Below are positions 38,628-47,636 of a stretch of 64,000 nucleotides of DNA, in pieces. The translations under genes were made by a program, and so were the position numbers. The notes under the pieces were generated by a model that saw only the letters and a program-made list of their open reading frames with translations, made no database searches and was not told the DNA's origin. This DNA is from Nitrospirales bacterium. GTDB taxonomy: Bacteria > Nitrospirota > Nitrospiria > Nitrospirales > UBA8639. The stretch lies in contig OY820905.2 in assembly GCA_963555755.3 (NCBI GenBank), forward strand, positions 3,456,001-3,520,000, given 5' to 3'. How positions within the stretch are numbered: position 1 is the first letter of the stretch; each line of letters opens with the position of its first letter.

Positions 38628-39533
38628 ATGAATGATGTGTGGAAATCTCCAGCCGTGATTGAAACCAACCTTGCCGGCCTTGGCCAGAAGCGGCAAGGCA
38701 AGGTGCGCGATATGTACGATTTGGGCGATTGCTTGTTATTGATTGCCAGCGATCGGATTTCGGCTTTTGATGTCGTGTTGCCGGAAGGCATCACTGGCAA
38801 AGGCTATGTGCTCACACAACTGTCAAAGTTTTGGTTTGAACGTTTATGGCAAGAAGGGGGCTTAGTGCCACATCACTTGAGGACGATGAATCCTGATGAT
38901 TTCCCTGATTCGTGCAAACCGCATATGGACCTGTTGGAAGGCCGCAGCATGATTGTCGAAAAAGCCGAGCCGTTGCCGGTGGAATGCATTGTCCGTGGCT
39001 ATCTGTCCGGGTCAGCGTGGAAAGAATATACAAAGCAGGGCACTGTGTGCGAACAACCCTTGCCTGCGGGTTTACGGGAATCCGACAAATTCACCGAGCC
39101 CCTGTTCACCCCTTCGACGAAAGCCACCGAGGGGCACGATGAAAATATTTCGTTTGAAAAAATGAAAGCCCTCATTGGCGACGAGTTGGCCGAACAAGTC
39201 AAGACGGTCAGTCTCACGATGTATCAACGGGCAGCGGCCTTAGCCAAAGAGCGTGGTATCATCATCGCCGATACGAAATTTGAATTTGGGCTGCATCGGG
39301 GCACGAAGCAGCTTTTGGTCATCGACGAGTTGCTCACCCCCGACTCTTCCCGCTTTTGGCCGAACGATCGCTATGAAGCTGGCACGTCGCAACCCAGTTT
39401 CGATAAACAATTTGTTCGGGATTATCTGGATTCGGTGGGCTGGGATCATAACCCGCCGCCGCCTCACTTACCGGAAGAGGTCGTGCGGCAAACAAGTGCA
39501 AAGTATCGTGAAGCGCTAGAACGTTTTGTCTGA
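38628..39533 (+). CDS. purC: SAICAR synthase
   Basis: GKVRD, SDRISAFD, IADTKFEFG, DELLTPDSSRFW. Confidence 0.96.
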   Translation: MNDVWKSPAVIETNLAGLGQKRQGKVRDMYDLGDCLLLIASDRISAFDVVLPEGITGKGYVLTQLSKFWFERLWQEGGLVPHHLRTMNPDDFPDSCKPHMDLLEGRSMIVEKAEPLPVECIVRGYLSGSAWKEYTKQGTVCEQPLPAGLRESDKFTEPLFTPSTKATEGHDENISFEKMKALIGDELAEQVKTVSLTMYQRAAALAKERGIIIADTKFEFGLHRGTKQLLVIDELLTPDSSRFWPNDRYEAGTSQPSFDKQFVRDYLDSVGWDHNPPPPHLPEEVVRQTSAKYREALERFV

Positions 39534-39702
39534 TTCCGGCTATTGAACCTAGGAGCCTGCCCTCCGCTGAAGCGGGGGTGGCACCAGCCATGCTCCCCAT
39601 GCCATCCCTATCCTCTCCCAGGTGTCTTTATTGCCCCACCGTTTTCAAACTTGTTAGGATTGTATCTTGTCTCCTTCAACGTGTGACGTTTTTTGAGTAA
39701 TC

Positions 39703-40494
39703 ATGATGGTGTATCGATTCCTTGTTTCTATATTGATCCTGTGGCTGTTGACGAGTTGTACCACAGCACCACCACGAATCGTCGATTTAACCTATCCGTT
39801 CGACGAACAGACGGTGTATTGGCCCAAGAACAAACATTTTCACCGGCAAGACACGGCAAGAGGCATAACCGCCAACGGCTATTGGTATGCATCCGGGACA
39901 TTTTCCGCATCGGAACATGGCGGGACACATCTCGATGCACCCGTACATTTTTCCTCTTCCGGAATGAGCCTCGATGAGATCCCGGTGAAGAGTCTTCTGG
40001 GACCTGCCATTGTCCTCGATATTCACGAGGCATGTCAGGAAAATGCTGATTACGAACTCACGGTGCAAGACATTCACAATTGGGAACAGCAGTATGGTCT
40101 CATTGAGCGGAATGACCTTGTACTCCTTCGAACCGGATGGGGAGCCTATTGGCCCGACCCACAACAATACCTTGGCAGCACAACACCGGATAATTCTCAA
40201 ACCTTGCATTTTCCAGGTTTTTCAGCAGAGGCCATGGCCTTTCTTGTCCACGAGCGGCAGATTCGTGGTGTAGGAATTGATACGGCCAGTATCGACCCTG
40301 GACAATCAAAGCATTTTCAAGCGCATCAAATTTTAGGCAAAGCCAACAGGTACGGCATCGAGAATGTGGCGTATTTAGACCACTTACCTCCTCGCGGAGC
40401 CACAGTGTATGCGCTGCCTATCAAGATCAAAAACGGGACGGGCGGCCCCGTTCGAATAATTGCCCTGATTCCCCAACAACCCTGGACCTTCTAG
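39703..40494 (+). CDS. Cyclase/kynurenine formamidase-family protein (lipoprotein-like N-terminus)
   Basis: EHGGTHLDAP.HF, GIDTASID, IENV. Confidence 0.87.
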   Translation: MMVYRFLVSILILWLLTSCTTAPPRIVDLTYPFDEQTVYWPKNKHFHRQDTARGITANGYWYASGTFSASEHGGTHLDAPVHFSSSGMSLDEIPVKSLLGPAIVLDIHEACQENADYELTVQDIHNWEQQYGLIERNDLVLLRTGWGAYWPDPQQYLGSTTPDNSQTLHFPGFSAEAMAFLVHERQIRGVGIDTASIDPGQSKHFQAHQILGKANRYGIENVAYLDHLPPRGATVYALPIKIKNGTGGPVRIIALIPQQPWTF

Positions 40495-40532
40495 AGATAG
40501 AAACAACATCCGAAAAAAAAGAGGAACAACCG

Positions 40533-40808
40533 ATGATCACAATTTCCCTCATGGGACAATTAGAAACGGCCGATGGCGAGCGCAGCTTCGCCTGTGAGAT
40601 CGAAGACGCCATGCCGGTCAAACAATTACTTCATCGGCAGGGGCGCAAGCTTCGTCAGGTCACGAGGCTGCTACGGGAAAAACGGGTCATGGTGACCGTG
40701 AACAGACGTGTGGCCAGTGAAGATACGCAGGTGTATGACGGCGACGAGATTAGTCTCGTCGCCCATGATGGTGGGAGTACAAAAGGACTGAATCCATCAT
40801 TTTTTTAA
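40533..40808 (+). CDS. MoaD/ThiS-like ubiquitin-fold protein with C-terminal extension
   Basis: VTVN...DGDEISL...GG followed by STKGLNPSFF. Confidence 0.7.
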   Translation: MITISLMGQLETADGERSFACEIEDAMPVKQLLHRQGRKLRQVTRLLREKRVMVTVNRRVASEDTQVYDGDEISLVAHDGGSTKGLNPSFF

Positions 40809-40950
40809 ATCCTGCCCTCTCCCCCAAGGCGCAGGTCCTAAGCGATCGTCATGAGGGGGTGTGGGTTTGAGCTAGATGTTTCGATCGTGTGGAGCGAATA
40901 GTGGGACTCATCAACGAAAACGGGGAAGGTATTCTTGCGCGAACCCTAAG

Positions 40951-40994
40951 AAACACCAAAGGGCCGCTACGGTAGTAGTGGCCCCTTGGTGTTT
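40951..40994. terminator. Bidirectional terminator
   Basis: AAACACCAAAGGGCCGCTAC / GTAGTGGCCCCTTGGTGTTT between convergent genes. Confidence 0.75.
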
Positions 40995-41082
40995 ACTTAA
41001 AAATGAAGCCTAGTTAGGTTTCGGTAAAGGGTCTCTGGCAAAGCAGACAGAAATTCAAAGATCGGACTACCCAATCCAACAA

Positions 41083-41373
41083 TTACTTCTTCACACCGAG
41101 GATCGAATCCTTTGCCGCTTTGGCCACTCTGAATTTAACCACTTTTTTGGCTGGGATCTTAATCGGCTCTCCCGTTTGGGGATTCCGACCAATTCGGGCC
41201 TTGCGGTGAGACAACACCAATTTCCCAATCCCTGGAAGGGTAAAGGCATTTTTTGCTTCCTTGTAAGCCAGTGCTGCCAAATTGTCTAGTAACTCTGTTG
41301 CGGTCTTCTTGGTCACACCAGATTTACCAGCAAGGTGATCAGCGATCTGGGACTTGGTCATCGCTTTTCCCAT
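41083..41373 (-). CDS. hup: HU-family DNA-binding protein
   Basis: RIGRNPQTGEPIKIPA. Confidence 0.93.
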   Translation of the reverse strand: MGKAMTKSQIADHLAGKSGVTKKTATELLDNLAALAYKEAKNAFTLPGIGKLVLSHRKARIGRNPQTGEPIKIPAKKVVKFRVAKAAKDSILGVKK

Positions 41374-41686
41374 ACAGACCTCCTCTTCATGAGTGTAAGA
41401 TGATGTGGGTAGCGCTCAACAAAATTGAGAACCAACAGTGGCCAATCCACTGATTTATGAATCGAACTTCGTATTGTCCCAAGTGAATCCAGAAACTAGA
41501 TGAGATGGGGCGAGATATTACCGAAAGCATCCTACCCTGTCAACCACAAAACACGCATGAATGCAGGAAAATGTTCCATTCAACATTCAACACCGAATCT
41601 ATTCTTCGCTTGATGGTCAGACGCCTGACACGGTAGAGTGGAAATTCGACGATCCTTGTCACCCTTTGAACGAATTGAGGTCCAGC

Positions 41687-42280
41687 ATGGGTAAAGAAAT
41701 TCCTGTATTTTCCGCGACTAAGACGGATGAGGCTGGTGATACGCTCATCTATTGCCGGGTATTTTGCCAACGAGAAGAGCCGCCCCCGTTGCGCTTATTA
41801 CTCGACTTTTTGAAATCCAAAAGCCAAGTGCCCCTTGTCCCCAAAATGGATCCCGAAGCGCTTGAGGACTGGAGCTGGGTACAAATTGCCTTGGGCTACC
41901 ATCGTGATCGGAAACCGATCCAACTTTTTTGCGTTCGCAACCAAGGCACCTATCAAGATGTATTTGAACAAGAGCAAACCGGATTCAGTAAACAACTCTC
42001 CGCCTTTGGTGAGCAGGAAGCCGAACTTGCCCGGGAGTTTGTGGTTCGAGCCAAGTTTATTTTGACGGCTCGACTCAGTAAGAACGATATCACGGACGAA
42101 GGGTACGATTTTAACGGGTGGATTTTAGAATTTTTCCAGGACAACTGTACGGGCATTGTACAAATCGATGAACAAGGGTTTTTTTCCCCCAAAGGCGAAC
42201 TGATCGTGAATTTGCAAAGTGACCCAGAGGAGGATTTTTCCGTCCCGCAGATCAAACCCTCAAAGGATAATGGCTCTTGA
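41687..42280 (+). CDS. Hypothetical protein
   Basis: ORF with a GAGG RBS before ATG 41687. Confidence 0.65.
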   Translation: MGKEIPVFSATKTDEAGDTLIYCRVFCQREEPPPLRLLLDFLKSKSQVPLVPKMDPEALEDWSWVQIALGYHRDRKPIQLFCVRNQGTYQDVFEQEQTGFSKQLSAFGEQEAELAREFVVRAKFILTARLSKNDITDEGYDFNGWILEFFQDNCTGIVQIDEQGFFSPKGELIVNLQSDPEEDFSVPQIKPSKDNGS

Positions 42281-42312
42281 GGATTTCGTGATCCGTAATG
42301 CGTGATGGGTGG

Positions 42313-42453
42313 GTAACTACTCAGGTTGCTTCAATTTTGGCTCAGGACAAGGCGCGAGGAGCGCAGAACCGGAGCGTATGTGGGAATACGTGAGGATTTG
42401 AGCACCACAGCAACGCCGTCATGAGCCAAAAGGGAAGTGACCTGAGTAGTTAC
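42313..42453 (+). mobile_element. MITE family C, copy 3
   Basis: GTAACTACTCAGG...CCTGAGTAGTTAC. Confidence 0.8.
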
Positions 42454-42550
42454 ATGGGTGGAAGAAACACCTCTGGTTTTCCCCTACGCTTCACGTCCCC
42501 AAAGAACGCCGTTGGCGGACACTCAGGTTGGTTCAACAGCCCAATTTCCT

Positions 42551-43858
42551 CTAAGAAGGTGGGGCAAGACTGTCACGAACAGTAGACCCAAAGGTTCGTT
42601 GAGGAATATCGGCCACGGCCCCTCGATACCCAATTCCGTCTTTGATCACTTCGACCAACGCGTCTTGGTCGAATAAGGCCGGATTCTCGATCACATCACT
42701 GGCACTCAGGAGAAGGTCGGCCCGTTTTCCCGGCACGAGACTCCCTGTATCATCCTGCCCGATTCGCTCAGCTGCCAATCCTGTCCCCGCATACCACGCT
42801 GAAAGCGGAGAGAGGCCATCCTGAATCAACGACACGACTTCCATGTAATTGCGTCCGTGCATGTTCGGCAAAATAGGATCGGTGCCCGTCAACATTTTCA
42901 GTCCGCTTGCGTGAGCAATCCGAACGGCTTCCGCATGAACCTCTGAAACTTGTTGCACTTTCTCCATCACAAAGGGCGTGAGCCCTTCAGCCGAGGATAA
43001 GGTTCGGCTAATCCAGGACGTGGGGGTCACGGTACACCCTTTGGCATACGCCCGTTCTGCCAAGTCCTGATCCATAAAAGAGATATGTTGAATATCCTGC
43101 ACCCCACAGTCGATGGCTAGACCAATTCCTCGCTTACTGTGAGCATGGGCCGCGACCATGAGGCCTCGGCCCGCAGCCTCATCACAAATGGCGTCAATCT
43201 CCGCTTGAGTAAAATCGCGGTCCTCTAATTTATCAGAAGGTGAGACCACTCCAGGGCTGGTACAAATTTTTATGAGATCGCCACCACATGCTGCGATCTC
43301 TCGCACACGCTTTCGACATTCCCAAGGCCCATCCACAATACTCGACGGCTGACCGGGACCAGGCGGCCACAATCGCGACACCGCGGCATGACACCGATCC
43401 GGCCCACGAAAATCCGCATGGCCACCGGTTGTCGACAGCATGCAAATGGCAATTTTCAAACGAGGGCCAATGATCATGCCCTCCTCCACCATGCGTTTCA
43501 AAAAATGTGTGGCCCCACCGACATCACGGACTGTCGTCACGCCGCCGTTGACCAGCGTGGCATATAAAATACGCTCGGCATACAACAACCCCGCCTGCGT
43601 ATTCATCGTATCCATATCCTCACTGCGGATGCCCACCACCGTCACATGGCTGTGGCAATCAATCAGGCCCGGCGTCACGGTATACGAGGAGCAATCCACT
43701 CGACGGATCTCCGAGCCAGTGGGACCTTGAGAATCGTGCGGTTTCACGGCGTGAACCTTGCCTTGATCAATCCAAAGATCCACACCTTCATGAACCGCTT
43801 TCGGAGAGGCTGATGTCCCATCATACAATTTTCGAATATTGGCAAGAACGATCATCAC
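42551..43858 (-). CDS. Metal-dependent amidohydrolase (Xaa-Pro dipeptidase-like)
   Basis: PGLIDCHSH, GVTTVRDVG, AAHAH, GTD, GKRADLL. Confidence 0.88.
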   Translation of the reverse strand: MMIVLANIRKLYDGTSASPKAVHEGVDLWIDQGKVHAVKPHDSQGPTGSEIRRVDCSSYTVTPGLIDCHSHVTVVGIRSEDMDTMNTQAGLLYAERILYATLVNGGVTTVRDVGGATHFLKRMVEEGMIIGPRLKIAICMLSTTGGHADFRGPDRCHAAVSRLWPPGPGQPSSIVDGPWECRKRVREIAACGGDLIKICTSPGVVSPSDKLEDRDFTQAEIDAICDEAAGRGLMVAAHAHSKRGIGLAIDCGVQDIQHISFMDQDLAERAYAKGCTVTPTSWISRTLSSAEGLTPFVMEKVQQVSEVHAEAVRIAHASGLKMLTGTDPILPNMHGRNYMEVVSLIQDGLSPLSAWYAGTGLAAERIGQDDTGSLVPGKRADLLLSASDVIENPALFDQDALVEVIKDGIGYRGAVADIPQRTFGSTVRDSLAPPS

Positions 43859-44085
43859 TTCACCTCATAAGAACCAAACTTCTTCTACTCACCATCCTCT
43901 ATCGCATTCGAGAGAATTTCTCAATGCCGTCAGCATTCCAACCGATTGAAACACCAGAATATTTTGATTAGATCGGCAAAAATAACCCTTCTATCGCACG
44001 GGTTTGTCAACCAAAGCCGATAGTACACGTTAGAGGAGTTATAGGGGGACGATTTCACAAATATTTTTTTCACTTGGAGGGATTC

Positions 44086-44658
44086 ATGATTAAAACACAA
44101 TGGCTCTGGACATTAACGTTGATCGCAGTACTGGCGGTTTCACCTGCCTTCGCTCAAGAAAATCGAGTAGATCGCATTGGGGATCGGATTGATCACCGAC
44201 TTGATCGCAAGGGAGAAGGAATCGACAATCGGCTCGATCGACGAGGAGACCGTCTCGAAGAACGTTTTGATCGGAAAGGGGATCGGATTGAAAACCGATT
44301 AGATCGCAAGGGAGAAATAATCGACAATCGGTTGGACCGAAAAGCCAACCGGGCACGTGAAGCAGGCCAGGACCAACTGGCTGATCGGCTCGATCAAAAG
44401 GGAAATCGTATTGAAAATCGGCTGGAACGAAAAGGAGACCGGATTGACAGACGGTTGGATCGTAAAGGAAACCGAGTTGGCCGGCATTTGGATCGAAAAG
44501 GCGATCGGGTGGAACAACGCATGGACCGAAAAGGTGACCGAATCAACAATCGATTAGACCGACGAGGGGAACGCCTCGGGGGGCAACGAGGTACGCCCCG
44601 GCAACGCCCAGCCAGGTCTGCTCCACAGCGCGCCCCCCATCGTAGCGGACGAAAGTGA
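44086..44658 (+). CDS. Secreted protein with 11-residue repeats
   Basis: Signal peptide ending AFA-Q, then about ten (D/N)RI(D/E)xRLDRKG units. Confidence 0.8.
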   Translation: MIKTQWLWTLTLIAVLAVSPAFAQENRVDRIGDRIDHRLDRKGEGIDNRLDRRGDRLEERFDRKGDRIENRLDRKGEIIDNRLDRKANRAREAGQDQLADRLDQKGNRIENRLERKGDRIDRRLDRKGNRVGRHLDRKGDRVEQRMDRKGDRINNRLDRRGERLGGQRGTPRQRPARSAPQRAPHRSGRK

Positions 44659-45128
44659 GGAGTGAAATTCCTCTGGCTTCTTGAGGTCAATCAGGCATGA
44701 CCTCGTGGCTATTGGGTGATGTGGGAGGCCGACGACTCTGGAAGCACCTCAGGCATTGGACTATTTTCTGGCTGGAGTAGAGCGGCGCGCCTTCCGTATG
44801 GCCCAACTGGCCACTGAAGATCAGGCTGAGGCATTGGACATTGTCCAAGATTCCATGGTCAAATTAGTTCAAAAGTATGCCGGTCGCCAAGAATCAGAAT
44901 TGGGTCCCCTCTTTCATACTATCGTTCAGAGCCGCATTAAGGATTGGCACCGAAGAAATTGGGTTCGAACCCGGTGGCGAGTCTGGTTTACCGGAAGCAC
45001 TCAAGCGGAGGAGAATGAAGGGGACAATCCGATCCAGCAACTTCCCGACACCCTATCTGCTGACCCAAGTGAGCAGACCGAAAGAACGCAAGCCATGGCC
45101 GTTCTAGAACAATCATTGCGCACACTTC

Positions 45129-46116
45129 CCTGCATACCGGCTTAACTCCAGTTGCTACTAGATTTTGTGGGTCCTCTGAATTTTTTGGAGCGGAGCCGGG
45201 TCGACTGCGATAGCATTTTCCAGGAGTCGATGAAACAAGAGGCCCCGAGAGCGCGAGGTCCGACGATTGAATCGAAAGATAAATTCATTCAGGTAGGCGT
45301 CGAGGTACTTATGATCAAGGCGTCCCTGGTATGTGCCCAGTAGCCAACGTTTCACCAGCGAAATGGCACGGTGGACTCGTGGCAACAGGTTGTCCGCGTC
45401 TGGGTCGTGATTTCCCCCAACATCGGACGTTCGCATTGGTTTGTGCCCATACCCTTCGTCTGCCAGACAGCAATAACTTGTGAGTCCGTCGGTTATAATC
45501 GTACTGCCAGGCTCAACATGCTGCTGAACGAAATTCTTGACATCCGCGCTCGTCCGGCCCTTAAGCGTTTGCCTTCGCATTCGCCCACTTCCTTTGTCTT
45601 TGATTTCCACGGCAACGCCAACAAGTTGCTTGTTTCCTTCTCCACCCAAATAGGCTTCAGCCACTTCAACTGGCCCGGCAAGACGGTTGCGGGAGGGGCG
45701 ACCCATCGCAACCCGTAATTTATGAAGCATGAGCCACGCAGGCTCGTGACCGCTCATCCCCAACACCCTTTGCAACGTTTGAGCACTCGCGCCATTTTTC
45801 TGGCTTGTAAACCACCAGATTGCCTGAAACCAAATGCGCAACGGGATACGAGAATCTTGAAAAATCGTTCCGGCCAAGGGTGACTGCTGATATTGACAGC
45901 TGGAGCACATCGACAACCCTCGCTTGGTTTTCCACCTCTTTTGATTCCCACATTTCACACAGGTATACCCGTCTGGCCATCGAAGCTTCTCAATATGGGT
46001 GGGACAGGCCTCCTCAGTAAAAAAACGGGTCATCAGATCGGCCATGTCCTTGGGGTAACTCACCATGTCGCAAAACACTACATAGTGGGACAACTGGAGT
46101 CAAGCCGGTATGCAGG
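45129..46116 (-). mobile_element. IS1595-family insertion sequence (988 bp)
   Basis: 26-bp inverted repeats CCTGCATACCGGCTT(A/G)ACTCCAGTTG; 8-bp target duplication CACACTTC. Confidence 0.92.
45158..46093 (-). CDS. IS1595-family transposase (probably catalytically defective)
   Basis: N-terminal Zn ribbon (RWPDG..C..C...C..C), TDG, YLNEF.FRFNRR; VEVAE in place of VEVDE. Confidence 0.88.
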   Translation of the reverse strand: MSHYVVFCDMVSYPKDMADLMTRFFTEEACPTHIEKLRWPDGYTCVKCGNQKRWKTKRGLSMCSSCQYQQSPLAGTIFQDSRIPLRIWFQAIWWFTSQKNGASAQTLQRVLGMSGHEPAWLMLHKLRVAMGRPSRNRLAGPVEVAEAYLGGEGNKQLVGVAVEIKDKGSGRMRRQTLKGRTSADVKNFVQQHVEPGSTIITDGLTSYCCLADEGYGHKPMRTSDVGGNHDPDADNLLPRVHRAISLVKRWLLGTYQGRLDHKYLDAYLNEFIFRFNRRTSRSRGLLFHRLLENAIAVDPAPLQKIQRTHKI

Positions 46117-46278
46117 CACACTTCCACTCAGGCAACAACAAGCTTTCTTGCTACGAGCGTGGGAAGGATGCGATGTCGCGGAAACCGCACAAGCCATGGG
46201 GTGCTCAGAAGGCAGTGTCAAAACCCATTATTCCCGCGCCGTGCATTCGTTGCGAAAACACTTACAAGAGTTTGGACC

Positions 46279-46632
46279 ATGACCCCTGCTGAACACGAAG
46301 AAGCTCTTGTCGCAAAGGTCAAAGACCAACTGAACCAAAGTGTCGAACAGTTGGATGCAGAAGTCGTGGCACGATTACGGAGTGCTCGATACGAGGCGCT
46401 GCATAGCCAGCCTCAACGGACTCCCTGGTTGTGGCCCGTCTCGGGTTTGGCCACCGCCTGCAGCGCCCTTCTGGTGGCTTTATTGTGGTGGGGTTCTCCT
46501 CTGGAACAAGCCCCGCCCGAAACCGCACAAATCATCGAAGACGTAGAGGTGCTAATAGCCGATGACCCATTAGATTTGTATGAAAATTTGGAATTTTATG
46601 GATGGTTAGCGGAACAGGAGCATGCGAGTTAA
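46279..46632 (+). CDS. Putative anti-sigma membrane protein (DUF3619-like)
   Basis: ATGA overlap with the sigma stop; RL..AR..AL, one [13 protein letters not shown]. Confidence 0.75.
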   Translation: MTPAEHEEALVAKVKDQLNQSVEQLDAEVVARLRSARYEALHSQPQRTPWLWPVSGLATACSALLVALLWWGSPLEQAPPETAQIIEDVEVLIADDPLDLYENLEFYGWLAEQEHAS

Positions 46633-46657
46633 GGGCTCGTGGTAGGGGTATCTCCCC

Positions 46658-47137
46658 ATGAAAGTGCCATTCATGAATAGACCGTTGATCCAGGCCTGGA
46701 TATTCGTTCTGGCGACGCTGGTCGCTGGCCACGCCTGGGCTCAATCGGGTTCGGCTACCATCCCCTGGAGTCAACTATCCCCCAGTGAGCAAAAAGTCCT
46801 CGCTCCGCTTAAAGAATCTTGGAATCAACTCCCCGCCGTTCGCCAACACCGGATGCAAAATGGAGCCGAACGTTGGGCAGGTATGTCAGCCGAGCAACGG
46901 CTAAAGGCACAAAAACGGCTTAAAAAGTGGAAACAATTGGGACCGGAGCGAAAAAAACGCATTCGGGAGTCGTTCAAAGAGTTTAAGGAATTACCCATTT
47001 TAAAAAGACAATTTCTTCGTGAACGACGAAGAATATTTCAAAACCTTCCTAGGGAACACCAAAGACGACTCCGCGATAAGTGGCAGAAGCGAGGCTTAAG
47101 ACTCAAGGGCACCTCTAAAAACCGTCCTTTTCCGTGA
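46658..47137 (+). CDS. DUF3106-like periplasmic protein
   Basis: Signal peptide; W..L(S/P)..(Q/R) repeats. Confidence 0.75.
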   Translation: MKVPFMNRPLIQAWIFVLATLVAGHAWAQSGSATIPWSQLSPSEQKVLAPLKESWNQLPAVRQHRMQNGAERWAGMSAEQRLKAQKRLKKWKQLGPERKKRIRESFKEFKELPILKRQFLRERRRIFQNLPREHQRRLRDKWQKRGLRLKGTSKNRPFP

Positions 47138-47247
47138 TGGCGGCGTCAGCCGCGTGCTCACATCCTCATGTATTCGCCCATACACTCCGGTTTTCCGCGC
47201 GCGGCTTCCTTGCCCTCACAAAAAATGCCTGGTTTGTAGAGGTGCCC
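47107..47247 (-). mobile_element. MITE family E, copy 1
   Basis: Ends GGGCACCTCTAAAAACC / GGTTTGTAGAGGTGCCC, TCAA duplication; inverted copy at 50618. Confidence 0.8.
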
Positions 47248-47636
47248 TCAAGAAACGGTTTGATGCAGGCAGAGGGAACAATCAAGACTAAAAATGAACA
47301 ATTCGATCACTTCCAAATTTAGGCCCATGATAATTCCTGCATCTGCCTCTGAGCAGAAAGAATTATCCTTCTTTACGGAATTGAAAGTACCAATAAAATC
47401 GAGCCCATGCCAATCAACTTGGCAGGATTTATTCAACCATGATACGCTAACCTCATGGTAATCAGATTCGATTGAACACGCCTGTCATTTCTGCCAGGAC
47501 AACAAGATCTCAAACTCAAAAACATCCCTTGAATTCCCTTCAGCCTCAAACCAAAATACCCATTCCCCAAAGGGTGCAAGAATAGAGGGACCTGTTTGTT
47601 TCGATACCCTTGTGACACTATGGTGTTGGAACACAC

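Larger units (their letters stand above)
44756..46282 (+). pseudogene. ECF RNA polymerase sigma factor interrupted by IS1595
   Basis: 5' part (VERRAF..A...D.VQD) and 3' part ([32 protein letters not shown]) rejoin in frame when the IS and one duplication are removed. Confidence 0.9.

Noticed and set aside
40921..40946. Complete family B MITE
   Set aside because: Only the right terminal repeat is recognisable; it is a decayed remnant
44160..44580. Non-coding DNA repeat array with a 33-bp period
   Set aside because: The repeat is conserved at protein level with synonymous variation, so it is a coding repeat
47250..47636. Glycine riboswitch upstream of gcvP
   Set aside because: No recognisable GGAGA...CCGAAG...CTCTCAGG aptamer motifs
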